A stretch of DNA of 64,000 bases. Origin: Macrostomum lignano (Eukaryota). Positions 23,575 to 36,248 of the stretch are shown here, piece by piece. The notes under the pieces were generated by a model that searched no databases, was not told the origin of the DNA, and saw only the letters and a program-made list of their open reading frames with translations. The translations under genes and the position numbers were made by a program. The stretch spans positions 549 through 64,548 of the forward strand of contig NIVC01002292.1 of the NCBI GenBank assembly GCA_002269645.1, written 5' to 3'. The stretch's first letter is position 1. Every line of letters starts with the position of its first letter.

Positions 23575-24320
23575 TATGGAGTGGTGTGAGCATGAAGTGG
23601 TGTGAGCATGGAGTGGGTGAGCATGGGGTGATGTGAGCATGGGGTGATGTGAGCATGGAGTGATGTGAGCATGGAGTGATGTGAGCATGGAGTGGGGTGA
23701 GCATGGAGTGATGTGAGCATGGAGTGATGTGAGCATGGAGTGGGGTGAGCATGGAGTGATGTGAGCATGGAGTGATGTGAGCATGGAGTGGGGTGAGCAT
23801 GGAGTGATGTGAGCATGGAGTGGGGTGAGCATGGAATGATGTGAGCATGGAGTGATGTGAGCATGGAGTGGGGTGAGCATGGAGTGGGGTGAGCATGGAG
23901 TGATGTGAGCATGGAGTGATGTGAGCATGGAGTGATGTGAGCATGGAGTGATGTGAGCATGGAGTGATGTGAGCATAAAGTGGGGTGAGCATGGAGTGAT
24001 GTGAGCATGGAGTGATGTGAGCATGGAGTGATGTGAGCATGGAGTGATGTGAGCATGGAGTGATGTGAGCATGGAGTGGGGTGAGCATGGAGTGATGTGA
24101 GCATGGAGTGATGTGAGCATGGAGTGGGGTGAGCATGGAGTGATGTGAGCATGGAGTGATGTGAGCATGGAGTGGGGTGAGCATGGAGTGATGTGAGCAT
24201 GGAGTGATGTGAGCATGGAGTGGGGTGAGCATGGAGTGATGTGAGCATGGAGTGATGTGAGCATGGAGTGATTTGAGCATGGAGTGATGTGAGCATGGAG
24301 TGATGTGAGCATGGAGTGAG
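23575..24320. repeat. 16-bp minisatellite GAGCATGGAGTG(AT/GG)GT
   Basis: Directly visible, about 46 units. It explains the MLTSLHAH ORFs. Confidence 0.97.
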
Positions 24321-27300
24321 GGTGGGTGGGTATTCTCTATTGTTCCCGGGTGGAGGTAGATGCTTGTTTTGAATTTAATTTAAAAAGCCCTGCGAAGTGT
24401 CTAATTTTGTAGCAACATTATAGTTATATACTTGTACATGTAGTTGAACTCTCAGACATTGCAACATTGGCCTGTTGGTCTAGAAAAATTTCCGCACCAG
24501 GCTACTCATCAGTAGCTGACAGAGCTTTAGCCGAAGCCGAGAAAGGCCGATCGGATTTGTCCCAGTCCAGAAAGTGAGGGCAACGAAGGCCAGAGGATGC
24601 AACAGCTGCGCAGTTCTGCTGCAAAAAAGAAGATGCAGAGTTTGTCCGCCCCCGCCCGCCGCCGCACGCATTTGCCACCAGCGACATGGCAGTTTCGCCC
24701 ATCCACCAGTTGGCTAAAATTAGCCTGCCGTCAAATTCGGACGATATCCGTTGAAGTGAGTGACAGTTTTGGACTGCAGGCGCGCGCTGCGATTGAGTTG
24801 CCGAGGCTCTGCGTTGCAAAAAAACTGCGGATTGCAAAACAGCGCGTAGAACGCAGAGAAGCAGAGAAGCAGAGAGCATCAGCTACATTTGAAGCCCCGA
24901 CCGGGCTGCATCAGATTTCAGTAGGAGATTTCACACTTTGAAACAGGAGTGAATTTGAGAATCGGATCGCTACTTGTTTAGAAACAACGAGCAAAAGTTT
25001 TGCAGAATTGCGCGGCAGAGTTGGCTGTCCGAAAATAGAAAGGCGCGTTTTATTGTCAAGAAGCCGCTACATCGCAGCTGAAGGAAGGCTGCGCGCGATA
25101 AAAGACAGGAAACGTTTCCTAGAAAAACATTCCTGCTTAACATCTGGTCGGATTAAGCAGCTTCCGTTGCTGTAAACCCAGAGCCGTCCCTGCCAGTGCA
25201 TCAAATGCAGTCAGCTGCAATTGCCGCCCAAACAGCCACCGCCACCCTCCGCAAAGAGATAAAGGGTTCGGCGGCAGCAGTAGGCATTACGAGGCGAAAT
25301 GAAATGCGTTTCGGCCACGAAGGAGTTCGCACGAAAATTGCCCCAAATATTGGGATTTTATTTCCCGTAGCTGCGCGAGACCCAAATCAGCATCGCTAGT
25401 CGAATCTGACACAGCCGCGGCCTCGGTGGCCTCCCTTCCCCCAGCTGACCTTTCCCTCGCAGATCCCGCGGTGAATGAACGGAACCAAGTGGGCAGCGGC
25501 AGCGGAAGGGAGAGGACGGACTTTGCCTGGATTTACAACAAGCTTCAACCGCTGTTACTGCCGATGCCGAGGGAAATGTAGATGCGTTGGCAAGGGAAGA
25601 GAGTGCTTGACTGCCGAAGGCTGCCCCTGGCCGCTCTGGATGATGGCTAAGCCAGGCCGACTGCATAAACAAATGCTGCAAACGGGCCGAGGCAGAGAAG
25701 GGAAGGCAGAGTGGAGTGGGGCGGTGGGGAAGCTGCACTCGAGTTTCAGCCACAGCAACGGTGGATCGCTGGCGTTTTTCTACCCTTCCTGCAGTGTTGC
25801 GGCCTCCTCCAAGCCAAAGTCCCTCGAGGGGAAAAAGGGCGACCCTTCAATCCTGCCCCCAGCCTGCGGGCTACGGGGACGAAGTGATTAGGGGGGCTCA
25901 GGGAGGCCGCGCTGCGGAGATGGGGCTGTTTAAGGGGCTCTCCAGTGCTGCAGTCCAGCTTGGCTCTCTGCCAGGTCGCTGCTGACTTCACCAGCTGGTC
26001 TCCGCTCGGAAGGGGGGGGGGGTTGCAGATAAGCCTTCGCACTCTGGCTGCACCGTGGCTGGAACCTCGCTGCAGCTTGGAGTGACAGAGGCCGGGACTG
26101 CTTGGCTCGATGAAGACAGACTGTAATCGATCAAGCAGCTTTCTTCAAGATTTTTGACAGCCACTCTCCAATTCAAATCATCTGCGCCATGCGCAACTGA
26201 AGTAGAGGGACAATGCACTGGGCAAATCATGCGGAATCCAATGTAGGCCGGGTTTACAGCATAAGGCATTAGCGATAAATATAAGTTTTCAGCCTTCTCA
26301 CCCTTCTGAACTTCTGAATAGCCAATGGAGAAGTATTCACTTTGTCTGAGGTTGACTGACGAACTTCTCGAGATAAATCATTGTTTGTCGAAGGCCAGAA
26401 GCACAAAATATTCCAGTTGCGTTCTCTAAAGAAAGGTTTGTACCAAGCATAAGCTCCATCGTCGTGGATTTTTTTGATGAGCGCCTACTAGCTTTCAGAA
26501 GGGAACTCATTCCGGAAGCTTTACTTTTCAGAATGTCGTGCAAACAGGAAAATTTGCGTCCCCCCACTTGATTGCACTCTCCATATTGCAGATTGTATTT
26601 TATTGCCAAACAGATCAGCCCTGATTCTGCACTGCAAACAAGTGCGGAAAATACAAATTCCAAAAGTACAGAACAGCGATAGACATGGCAGATCAACAGC
26701 GCAGAAGTTTTGTGAAATTTCACATCGAATCCATGCAGATTATTCACCAGATAGCTTTATTTTTGTTCTGGCCTGAAGCTGAGTTGGAAGACCAAAAATA
26801 TGCTGACAAAAAGTTTGATCGAATCGAGAGCGCCGGATTTTGGGGGCCGGATTACAGGAAAATAAAGCCGCATTAATGGAACGAAAACACGCGGAAGTTT
26901 AGATAAAATATTGTCGATGTTCACCCGCTTTCGCTGTTCCTTCCGGTGTCAAACATTGAGAAGGACGCGAGGATCGAAAGTTGTTGTTCTAACAGACAGT
27001 TTTGCGCTTCATCTCTATGGAAGAAAACATTGCTCAAACTTGAAAATTAAGTGGAACGCCTTATGCTTTAAAATTGTAGCCTTCACTTTTCTGCTTAAAT
27101 TTTCTAATTTTACGCGATTTCTCGGATTCTTTTACTCGTAGTTTTCTTCCACGGAAAAGCGTAATTTTACACAGAAATAAACAAAAATGTTCAGCGAAAA
27201 TAAAAAGCTACTTCAAGCAAATTCAGAAAATAATACTGCCCCGGCTTGAGGCTTAACTTTTCGCACAAAATATGCAACAGATTGTGATTTTTATAAGCTT

Positions 27301-28416
27301 TTGGATGGGCCCGAACTGAATCCAGTTTGGACTCAGCTTCGGTAAGATGTCGAGCGGAAGTAAAATGAGGCGCGATGAAGAGAAGCGAGGAAAACAGTTG
27401 GAGCATTTTGCATAAAAAGTGCGATCCCAAGGCACTGAAAACTGAGTTCGAGTGTGTATGGCTGATGAAGACAAGGATGTAATGGGCTAATTCTGAGTCT
27501 TACACCTTGCACATAAAAAGCTACATAGACTAGAGTTACGGTGATGGTAAGGTGAGACGGTCGATTTTGACGATGCTTGTACTCAAATTAGCGCAAATGA
27601 GATTAATGCGATGAAGAAAAAGCGATAAAACTGAGTATAAAAAGCGCAGACTACAGCGGGCATTGAGTACTTTTAGGGCAGCTTGTGCCAGACAAGCCTG
27701 TACGCATGCGCGTCAAAAACTCGAGGGGGAATGGGCTGCTGGGAGGTCGATAGGGCGAGCTACGAAGCCACCATGAGCCGGTCATTTTGCGTTGCCGAAG
27801 CTGGCTGTGCATTTTTTATTGTGCTCAGCAATTCTGGCACAGAGAAGGGCCACCGCCGGGTGCCTGGTGGTGAGTCATGGAGTTGATATGTACAGCGAAG
27901 GGGAAATGGTTAGTTGCAGAGTAATCGCGAGGACAGCAAAGCGCTGAGGGTTTACACGGGATCAAAGCAGTGCGGGGAAAAACGAACGCGACACAAAGTA
28001 AGAAAAAGTTTGCCCTGGTCAGGTTTTATCTGGAAAAGCACCATTTTGCTTGAGTAGCTGAAAACAGACCGCCGAGTCTCCTTTGCAAGCAAAAAATCAA
28101 CGCTCAATAAGGCACAGTTGGAACGCGCGACGAAAAAAGGCGGAACGCGCGTTATAACAAAGAAATCATTGCGCCGCTGCGCTTGCCGGCCGGAGTCGGC
28201 GGACAGAAAGTCTGAAGTCATCGACAAAAAAAAGAAAAAAGGACAGAAAATCTGTGAGGAAAAACGCCGGCCGAAAAGAATCATGGGGAGCGCATGCGGA
28301 GCTGTGCGTTCACTGACACGCGCTCATGATTTAAAAAATTGAAGGCAAAACAAAGCACACGGACTCAGAAATGGGCACAGCTCCCCCCCATCCCCTCTAA
28401 GCCGGCGGGGCTCGCA

Positions 28417-29955
28417 TCAATTGATTGAGCCCTGAAAGTCATTTCGAAATGACGGCAAATCAATGTCGGCAGCCAGAAGAAGATCGGCTTCCTTCAGGCT
28501 GGACAAGAGGCCGTCCACGCTGGTGTCAGAGGCGTCAGTGTCCATCTGGCACGCGCCGCTGTCTGCAAAGCGTTCGTAAATATTGTATCTCAATTCAGTA
28601 CTGCAGATTAAATTGAAGAATTAAAGAGATAAACATGTACTGTATTCTGCGTAGCTTGTGGATTTCACGGATTTCACTTTTATGTTGACTGTCGAGTGCG
28701 GCTTACCGATCTCCAGCAGCGGCGGCGTGGCCACGGTCTCCGGGGCCAGTCCGGAGTCGGAGGACTCCTGCCTGCGGTGGTCGACGCTGAAAACGCACTG
28801 CAGCGTGGGATCCGTGACGCCGCCTCCGCCGCTGTGGTGATTGTACATCTCCTGGCGCATCAGCTGCTCCTGAAAAATTTATTTTGAAAAAAAATCAAAG
28901 TTGCGTGGAAAAATGTCATCAAGTCAAAGAACGGTAAGCCGATTGCTCACATTTCTAGTCGCCATCTCGAGTTTCCACCGCAGCAACTCCTTCTGGGCGG
29001 TCAAGCTGCTCAACTTACGGTACGCGTTGCACCGGCCCAAGTAGTCAATGTGCAGGCGGCAGACCTCGCTGGGTGATTGGCCCCAGCCCGACTGCAACTG
29101 CCGCGGAATGCGCGGATCGTACCAGCTAGTCGATTTGCTGTTGTGATCGACGAAGTAGATCTTGTTCTCGTCGTTGAAGGCCATCTCCCAGCCGGCGGGC
29201 AGCGGACAGATCTCGAACTCGGGCGGACAGGTGGACGGCGAGTCGGCATAGCTGAAACAGTTTCTCGAAGATGAAGCAAAGAGGATGGAAGCAGAGAGAG
29301 TATATAATTGAAGCAAAACTCACGCCTCCTGCATGGCAGCATCTGTCTGGTTGGTCTGGCGACTCTGCTGGTAGAAGGCTTGCTGACCCGGACCACCTAA
29401 GTGCTCCTGCCTGTGCTGCTGCACCGCTGCAGCTGCTGCGGCTGCCGCCGCCGCCGCCGCCGCTGCCTGGTTGGAGATTTTAGCTGGCGACGAGTGAGCT
29501 CGCGTGTGCGACACCGAAGCGGCGGCTCCTCCGCCAACGACACCGACTGACGCCGGGGCCGTGTCGAGCCGTAGGCCGGGACTCGCGCCTGCAGCATCTG
29601 GGCCGCTCTCCGCGGCTACTGAGGCATTTGCGGCACCATGGGTGGCCGTCAAGAGGGGGCTTCGCTGCATAGAGGACACACCAGACGCGCTGCGAAAGTG
29701 GAATTCCCCCACCGGGGGGGACATGTTTGGCTGCAGTACAGACTGGGGACTCGGGTCGAAAAAGGATCGGGGCAGCTTCCTGTCTTTCAGTGGCTTGGCT
29801 GACGAAAAGGAGCAAGAGGGATCAGTGACAACCCTGAACATCTCTTCAAGGCTGTTGCTTGAATCTTCTCTTGTGTGCACCTGAATATGACCGGCATTGG
29901 CCTGGCCGGAACAGCCTCCACCGAATCCCTCAGAGTACTGAGGAGGAAGCGCCAT
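28417..29955 (-). CDS. yki: Yorkie/YAP transcriptional co-activator (exons 29955-29324, 29251-28951, 28869-28707, 28562-28417; 413 aa)
   Basis: TEAD-binding region (EDSSNSLEEMF...LKDRKLPRSFFDP), LATS/14-3-3 site HTRAHSSPA, one WW domain (LPAGWEM...YFVDHNSKSTSWYDPR), phosphodegron HRRQESSDSGL, acidic tail. All three introns are GT-AG and phase-consistent. Confidence 0.95.
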
Positions 29956-30959
29956 TTTGCTTCAGCGAAAATACTAAAAAATGGAGCTCTGAATCGAAGA
30001 ATCGCCAATTCCAACTTAAATACGCTTTTACGTGCAACAAAGTAAAACAAATTTCTACTAACAACGCATTTGGGATTATCGTGGACGATGCAGAGTGCCA
30101 AAATACGTGAACAACAGTATTTTAAAAATTGTCTCTTTCATTTTATTAATTTTTAAAATGCACGAAAATGAAAACGCGCTGGTATCTAATGTCACCAGCG
30201 CAGGGTTTTTCATACTTGTCAATTATGGTTCTCCAGTAACCAGAACATCTGGCTAAATATACCAAAAGATTCGTTATTTTATAAAATTAAATGTTACTTT
30301 AACTTTGCTTAAAACACTGAATAATTTCACTTTTAATCGAAATACAATTTTAGAACTTTTTTGAGTATAATGTTTTTTCTCGGATATCCTGTTTTGGAAT
30401 CGTGAATGAAAACTTTCCCTGCAGTCTAAAAACAAAAATTAAAATTCTGTAACGATTAGAACTGGAACTATTGTCTCTAGATTTTTTTATAATAATCAAA
30501 TATAAAATAAAAGGTATTGAGGATAGTTATTAATTACCAACTTTAATATATAATTTAACAATTTAACATAAATAAAAGCTTAATAACATAATATAAACTA
30601 AAGTAAACTTTACCGACAGCTGTAGTTAAGTACATGAACATACAAAACATTCTGTACTTTGATTCTAAGCAGATAGTAAATAATATATTCTGTTCAAAAA
30701 CACTAGAATATTGTAACTTGAAAAAGTCTAAATGGATAAAAACATAAGACTAGTTTACTTGCCTAAGCTCAAGTTTTTACGAGTATCTTAAAATATCACA
30801 ATATCTTCATATTTGTAAAACACAATCTTTACATCAATTTTCCCTTACTATCTTATAACACTTAAAAAATTATTTTTCATCAATTTCATCAAATTTCAAT
30901 TTCTTCATTGAAATGAAAAAGTTTTTTTCATCAAATGAAAAAGCAAATACAGTTTCAAA

Positions 30960-31280
30960 TCTCGCCAATCTCACATCTCCTCAATCTTACGTCTCTTCAA
31001 CCTCACACATTGTAAGTCTCACATCTCTTCGATCTCTCATCTTGTCAATCTCACATCTCTTTTATCTCACATCTTGTCAGTCTCTTTTCTCTTTTATATC
31101 ACAGCTTGTCAATCTTACATCTCTTCAATCTCACATCTTTTCAATCCCACGTCTAATCAATCTCACATCTCGTCAATCTCAAGTCTTATCAATCTAACAT
31201 CTCTTCAATCTCACGTCTTATCAATCTCATCTCTTCAATCTCTCGTCTCTTCAACCTCACATCTCTTCAGTCTGACGTCT
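30960..31280 (+). repeat. Degenerate pyrimidine-rich tandem repeat (TCTCTTCAATCTCACA-like)
   Basis: Recurrent TCAATCTCACATCTC motifs. Confidence 0.7.
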
Positions 31281-32210
31281 CCTTACTTACTTATGCTACA
31301 CTGCATAAGTTTCTTACCCTGACAAAAATGACTTCTTCACCTCATGAGCGCCTCATGCACGTAATATACACAACAAAGCCTACCACAATGCGAAGCATTC
31401 GTATTTTCAAATGAAAAACCGCGCATCAGGCCGAGCGTACAGTCTGCAGTGGGGTTGGAAATGCTTAATAGTTTGTTTCATCACAGGTGCAGGACGACAG
31501 TGAGCAATTGTGTTTCTCTCAGCAGCGATGAACGTGCATAGGTTAGCCGCAGAGGGCATGACAATAAAATGCAACAAGAGAGGGCCAGAGAGGGCAATGG
31601 TAGGCTAATTATTTCCAAGAATTGCCGAGCTACTCACTTTAGGTAATTCCAGAGTGAGTGCATACGCTAAGCTTGGCGTCATTATTAAGAGCAGGTTAAA
31701 TCACAGAATATAGACAGAATGCCCGATCGGCTGTCGCGGGATGTTTGGAAATTAATATGCAAACAAACTACTTTTGTGGTGAAGCGGAGCAGTAGTTATG
31801 AAAATTCGATATGCATATATATATTTATAATATATGTTGACTCTGCGTATGATTCTATAAACTTAGATACTGCTTCAGAATTTAAAATTAACAGGTTTGG
31901 CAGTGCCTAGGCTGATTAATGATTGATTCCAGGCTTTCCTAGTTCTACTTGAGCCACAGCAACAATATCTGCCCAGTTTGCAGTTTTTCGAGTGCCGCTA
32001 TAATCAAGTTCAATGCAATGCTTATGCAGAGCATTTCGCATGTTCTTTAAGCAATGAGGAACATCGATTTAAGCTGGAATCAGTGACTGAACTCCGTCTA
32101 CTTCGATGCACACGGAAGGGCGATCAGGATTCGCCCCTAACTGTCGCAAGCACTGCCACTGAGTAGACTCCTGGTCACACACGATGCCGGAAAGCGTGAG
32201 TCCCATTCTG

Positions 32211-32602
32211 TTAACTGCAGCGGTAAGGTTCTGCTGTTTCTTTGTACAGCTGGAGCGTCGGGTATGCCGTGGGCATCAGTCTGACCCCAGGCGCATGTCT
32301 CTGGTCAGGACACACGTACATGCTGTCGGGAAAATGGTGGCTGCACACGACAGCGTTCTTCCACCTCGCTTCGTTTTTCTTGCCCAAGAGGTCTGATCGG
32401 AAAATGCGCCGAGCCCAATCTTCACACCTACAGTAGTTAGGTTTCAGTGAATGACTGTGTGGCAATAGCAGGCAAGTCACGCATGTACATGAACATACCT
32501 TTCACGGTTTTCTGGGAAACGATGAAATCTCGTTTGTGCAGGACATTTGTTTGTGTAATTCTGGCAGCCATAAGCAGCGCATTGCCTTCTTGATGCTGTC
32601 AT
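32211..32602 (-). CDS. THAP zinc-finger domain protein (exons 32602-32499, 32427-32211; about 106 aa)
   Basis: MTASRRQCAAYGCQN...FHRFP..RERCEDWARRI...VCSHHF...LMPTAYPTL matches the C2CH THAP signature with conserved P, W, F and an AVPT-like box. The intron is GT-AG, phase 2. Confidence 0.85.
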
Positions 32603-33821
32603 AATGTTAAAGTTGTCTCTGTTAATGCCTTCGTTGCTGCCAATCACTGCCTTATTAATGTCAGTAGCAGCAGCCGCTGCCACAGAATATACTGTATATT
32701 CTATGGCATCGGCTGCTGCTACTCGCAGTCTCAGTCGTCTATGGCAGAACCTTTCCGAGCCGCATACGAGTAAGTATAAGTGACTACTATCTTTCTTCAC
32801 CACAAAAGTAGCTAAATATGCAAATACTTTTTGCGGCAGATTTTTCTGCGAGAGGGCTGATCGGCCATTCTGTCTATATTCTGTGGGTTAAATTGCTGTT
32901 TCGACATTTCCAGGAAACCTGTGCGCGTCTGCTCATGAGAACTTCTTGTGAAAATATCTGAAAATTGGCATCTTGTTGAGATGATTGATGAATAGCAAAC
33001 AAGCAATTTATAGACAAATTTGTCCTTTTTGCTGAATCAGGGGCACACCTTAGAGGTTCAGAAGTAAATTATACCACAGAGTTTTCTGCTGGATTCTACG
33101 CGCTCGAAAGGGAAAGTGACGCCTTGCTCAGAGTGGGACTCGATTCCGATTCGGAAGACGCGTTACCAAGCGATGACTCGACGGATTCGGAGTCGGAAAG
33201 CATGAATTCAGAAGCTAATGAGAGCCAAGATGAGGCTACCGCGGAATGGGTTGATCTTCCTGACTGAACAGTTTCTCAACAGTCTTGTCACATGGACTTT
33301 TTAAAATCTGACACACCACAACAAGCCATACGGGGCACTTTCTTTAGTGAATATGGAGATGGGTTTTGATGCCATAGACATTTTTGAATCTCAGGGTTTT
33401 TGGACCGTTTAGGTATGGCCTGCGATGCAGGTCTTTGGCTTCTAAACGGTTGACAAATATTTTATAAAACAGATAATCTTTAAAAAATGTGTATTTAGGT
33501 AAAATAAATTTATTTAGCCAGTCTTCAATAATTCCCTATCTATTAAAAAAGCCATAAAATGGTGGCTTTGCTCGCCAGGAAGCGAAATCACGTAAGAGTA
33601 CGGTGCTGCAGTTAGCATAGCGCAAGTGAGGTTTTACCACAGACAGTCTCAGGAACGCGCTGGCTGGCTTTGCACACTGAATCAATGGCAACTTTGGCCA
33701 TAGACATTCGCAGCGGTCGGCCTGCCGCGCTTTGCTTAAAACACACGCATAGGTTGACTACAAATGGCCTGAGCCAACCCCCAATTTTGTGCAAGTACAT
33801 CTGAGATCGGTACAATGGGTG

Positions 33822-33917
33822 GTTGTCTGGAATTGAGATTTCAGTTAATAACGACGAGCGTGCGTAGCGCGCGAGTTGTCAATTTGACCATTAACTGAAA
33901 TCTCAATTCCAGACGAC
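33822..33917. repeat. 96-bp fold-back element with 28-bp inverted arms
   Basis: GTTGTCTGGAATTGAGATTTCAGTTAAT ... ATTAACTGAAATCTCAATTCCAGACGAC, with one mismatch. Confidence 0.85.
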
Positions 33918-34176
33918 ATCATTGTCCAAATTGTCAGCTAGGGGTTAGAAATCAAAGTGGGTGGGGGACGGAAATAGGGGTGTGGATTTCACCCACATCT
34001 TAATATCTGCCACGTCTATGGTAAAAGCCAAGGGTCAGAAAAAATCAGTTAGTTCAGTTCCAGACAGCGGCAGAACACACGAAATCACAGAGAATGATAT
34101 GTCTATGGTCAAGACGACGGAGTTTTAAAGAGTGTTCATCGGGCGAGTAGAATCAATTTCATAGAGTCGCGATAGA

Positions 34177-34482
34177 ATGGAAGGCATTCATTTTCCAATC
34201 AATCTGCCTATCGACGAATTAGGCAATGTCGACTCGTTCGAACTGAACTTTATTTCCGAGACTTCAAACATCGACCGACGCGACGACGACTTTGCCGCGT
34301 TCCTTGACTACATTCAAAGTGATCGTTCTAACGATGAACTGCCGTGCCTAGATGGCGAGCAACTTTATTTTAACGAGATGGATCGAGTAGAAATTGAAAG
34401 CCTACCTGCCGAAACGAGGAAGCAGATGTACATTCACGGTGAACGCTTCCTTAATTTCCTAGCGAGTGAGAAACTACGATAG
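34177..34482 (+). pseudogene. Acidic ORF resembling the N-terminus of Crypton/DUF3504-type tyrosine-recombinase proteins, truncated
   Basis: EIESLPAETRKQM..HGERFLNFL recalls that family's N-terminal helix pair. No catalytic domain follows. Motif recall only. Confidence 0.3.
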
Positions 34483-35111
34483 TCACGACAACCCTGTGGC
34501 TAAGTTCAGTTTCAATGGATGCACCTTTAATCAATGCAAGTTCAACTAAATTTTGTGAGACATTTGTGCGACAAATTAACTATAGCTAAAAGTGTGCTTC
34601 TGATTGTTATATGTTAAGTTTAAAATATACGCGTTAACTTGAAAAATTATACCACTTCTAAAAATTCCAAACAATGACCGGTCATTGCCTTGAACTAAAT
34701 TACCATAGACATTTTGAACAATGGCGCAATTTTGGCAGAGTCTGGCAAAAATGAGAACAGGATTGGTTTGAGCAGGCCGTCCAGAGTTCACATTAGATCA
34801 CAGCCACTCCAGGCGTGTTCAAACCGCCATCAAATGAGCCAAAAAATTATTACTTATATGCAAAGCGATGAAAAATTAATTACGAGCGTCTGATGGCGAG
34901 CGAGCTGTTCGACTGAATGACAGGTGTTAGATTGATGAAATGGAGACGTCAATGTTTTGTAAAAGAAGACGCCTGTCACCGCTTATTCCACAAACACCTG
35001 ACGCTTCTGGTGCGTCATCGGTCGCTCCTGGGAATCGAATACTGGCAGACGATGAGCCGCCACTGTTGACTTTAGCTGCTGTCAGTTGACTGCTCGAGTG
35101 CTCAAGTCCAG

Positions 35112-35637
35112 GGGGGTCTTTCTCGAAAGCAACTTACGATCGACCATAGACGTAAGTTGGGTAAGCTACACTTACGGGTTGCTCGAAGGGCTCGCAAGTT
35201 AGCTATGCGTAAGATTGATCGCAACTTTACGAGTTCGTAACTTTGCGCAAAAGACTGTTTCTCGAAACGTTCGTATGTCTATGGTCTTTCGTAAGGTTGA
35301 TCTTAACCCTACGACTGCTCGGTATCAGTCGTAAGACGCACTTAAGCACTAATCGCATAGTACGTGAAGCTTTAGTCAAGCCAAGTCAAGTTAAACTTTA
35401 TCGAAGGTGGGTCTTTCTCGAAAGCAACTTACGATAGACTAAGTAAAGATATTTGCAGATTTATGACCATAGACATGCAACTTTTCGTTTCAGATACGAC
35501 TTACGAACAGCGTAAGCCACGCAAAGTCTAAGTGAGTTTTGAGAAAGCGTCTTACGAGCAAACCTACGCTACACGTAAATTTCTTTCTTACGATCTAACT
35601 TACCATAGAACTTACGTGAGTTTCGAGAAACACCCCC
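35112..35637. mobile_element. PIF/Harbinger-like MITE
   Basis: 17-bp TIRs GGGGGTCTTTCTCGAAA / TTTCGAGAAACACCCCC (1 mismatch), 3-bp TSD CAG, and many internal CTTACG/CGTAAG motifs. Confidence 0.8.
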
Positions 35638-36248
35638 CAGAGCCTGCGCGCTTGTCAAAGATATACACAGGCGCGCTTTTGCAGTCCTCCCACCTGTCTG
35701 TGGTGTGCAAATTAAAAACTTTGGATGAGACAACAACATTTCGACAGGCCGGCCTCGGTTCCTGGCCCTGGAAGCGACCTTATGTACAGTGTTTACTTTT
35801 TAAATTGTGAAAAAAGCGTTCTGGAGAGTGGAAACTCAGCTATAGTTCTGTTCAATAAAAAGTAACTTAATTTTTGTAGAATGCATAGCATCGAACAGGG
35901 TTTTACCACAGACTACGACAATTTGACTGCCGACGAAATTTTATGAAACCAGTAACTAATTTTAAGGAAATTCCCGAGTCAACAAAAATAAACTCTGTGC
36001 AGAACAAGAAAAAAGATTTCTGAGAAGAAACTGAAGCAAAAATAGCAGGTGAGGCAGGTAGTAAATTGAAGATTCTTTGGTATAAAAATAGAATGGCTAC
36101 AATGTAGACAAAACTTGGAATTGCCAATGGATAGTCCAGGCAACTGTTATATAATGGAGACTTTCGCAAAGTCTTGGCTAAGCACGGATTCAAACAGGCT
36201 GAGTCTCAGACCAATTAAAACTGCAACACAAAAGTTAATCTTGCCGCA

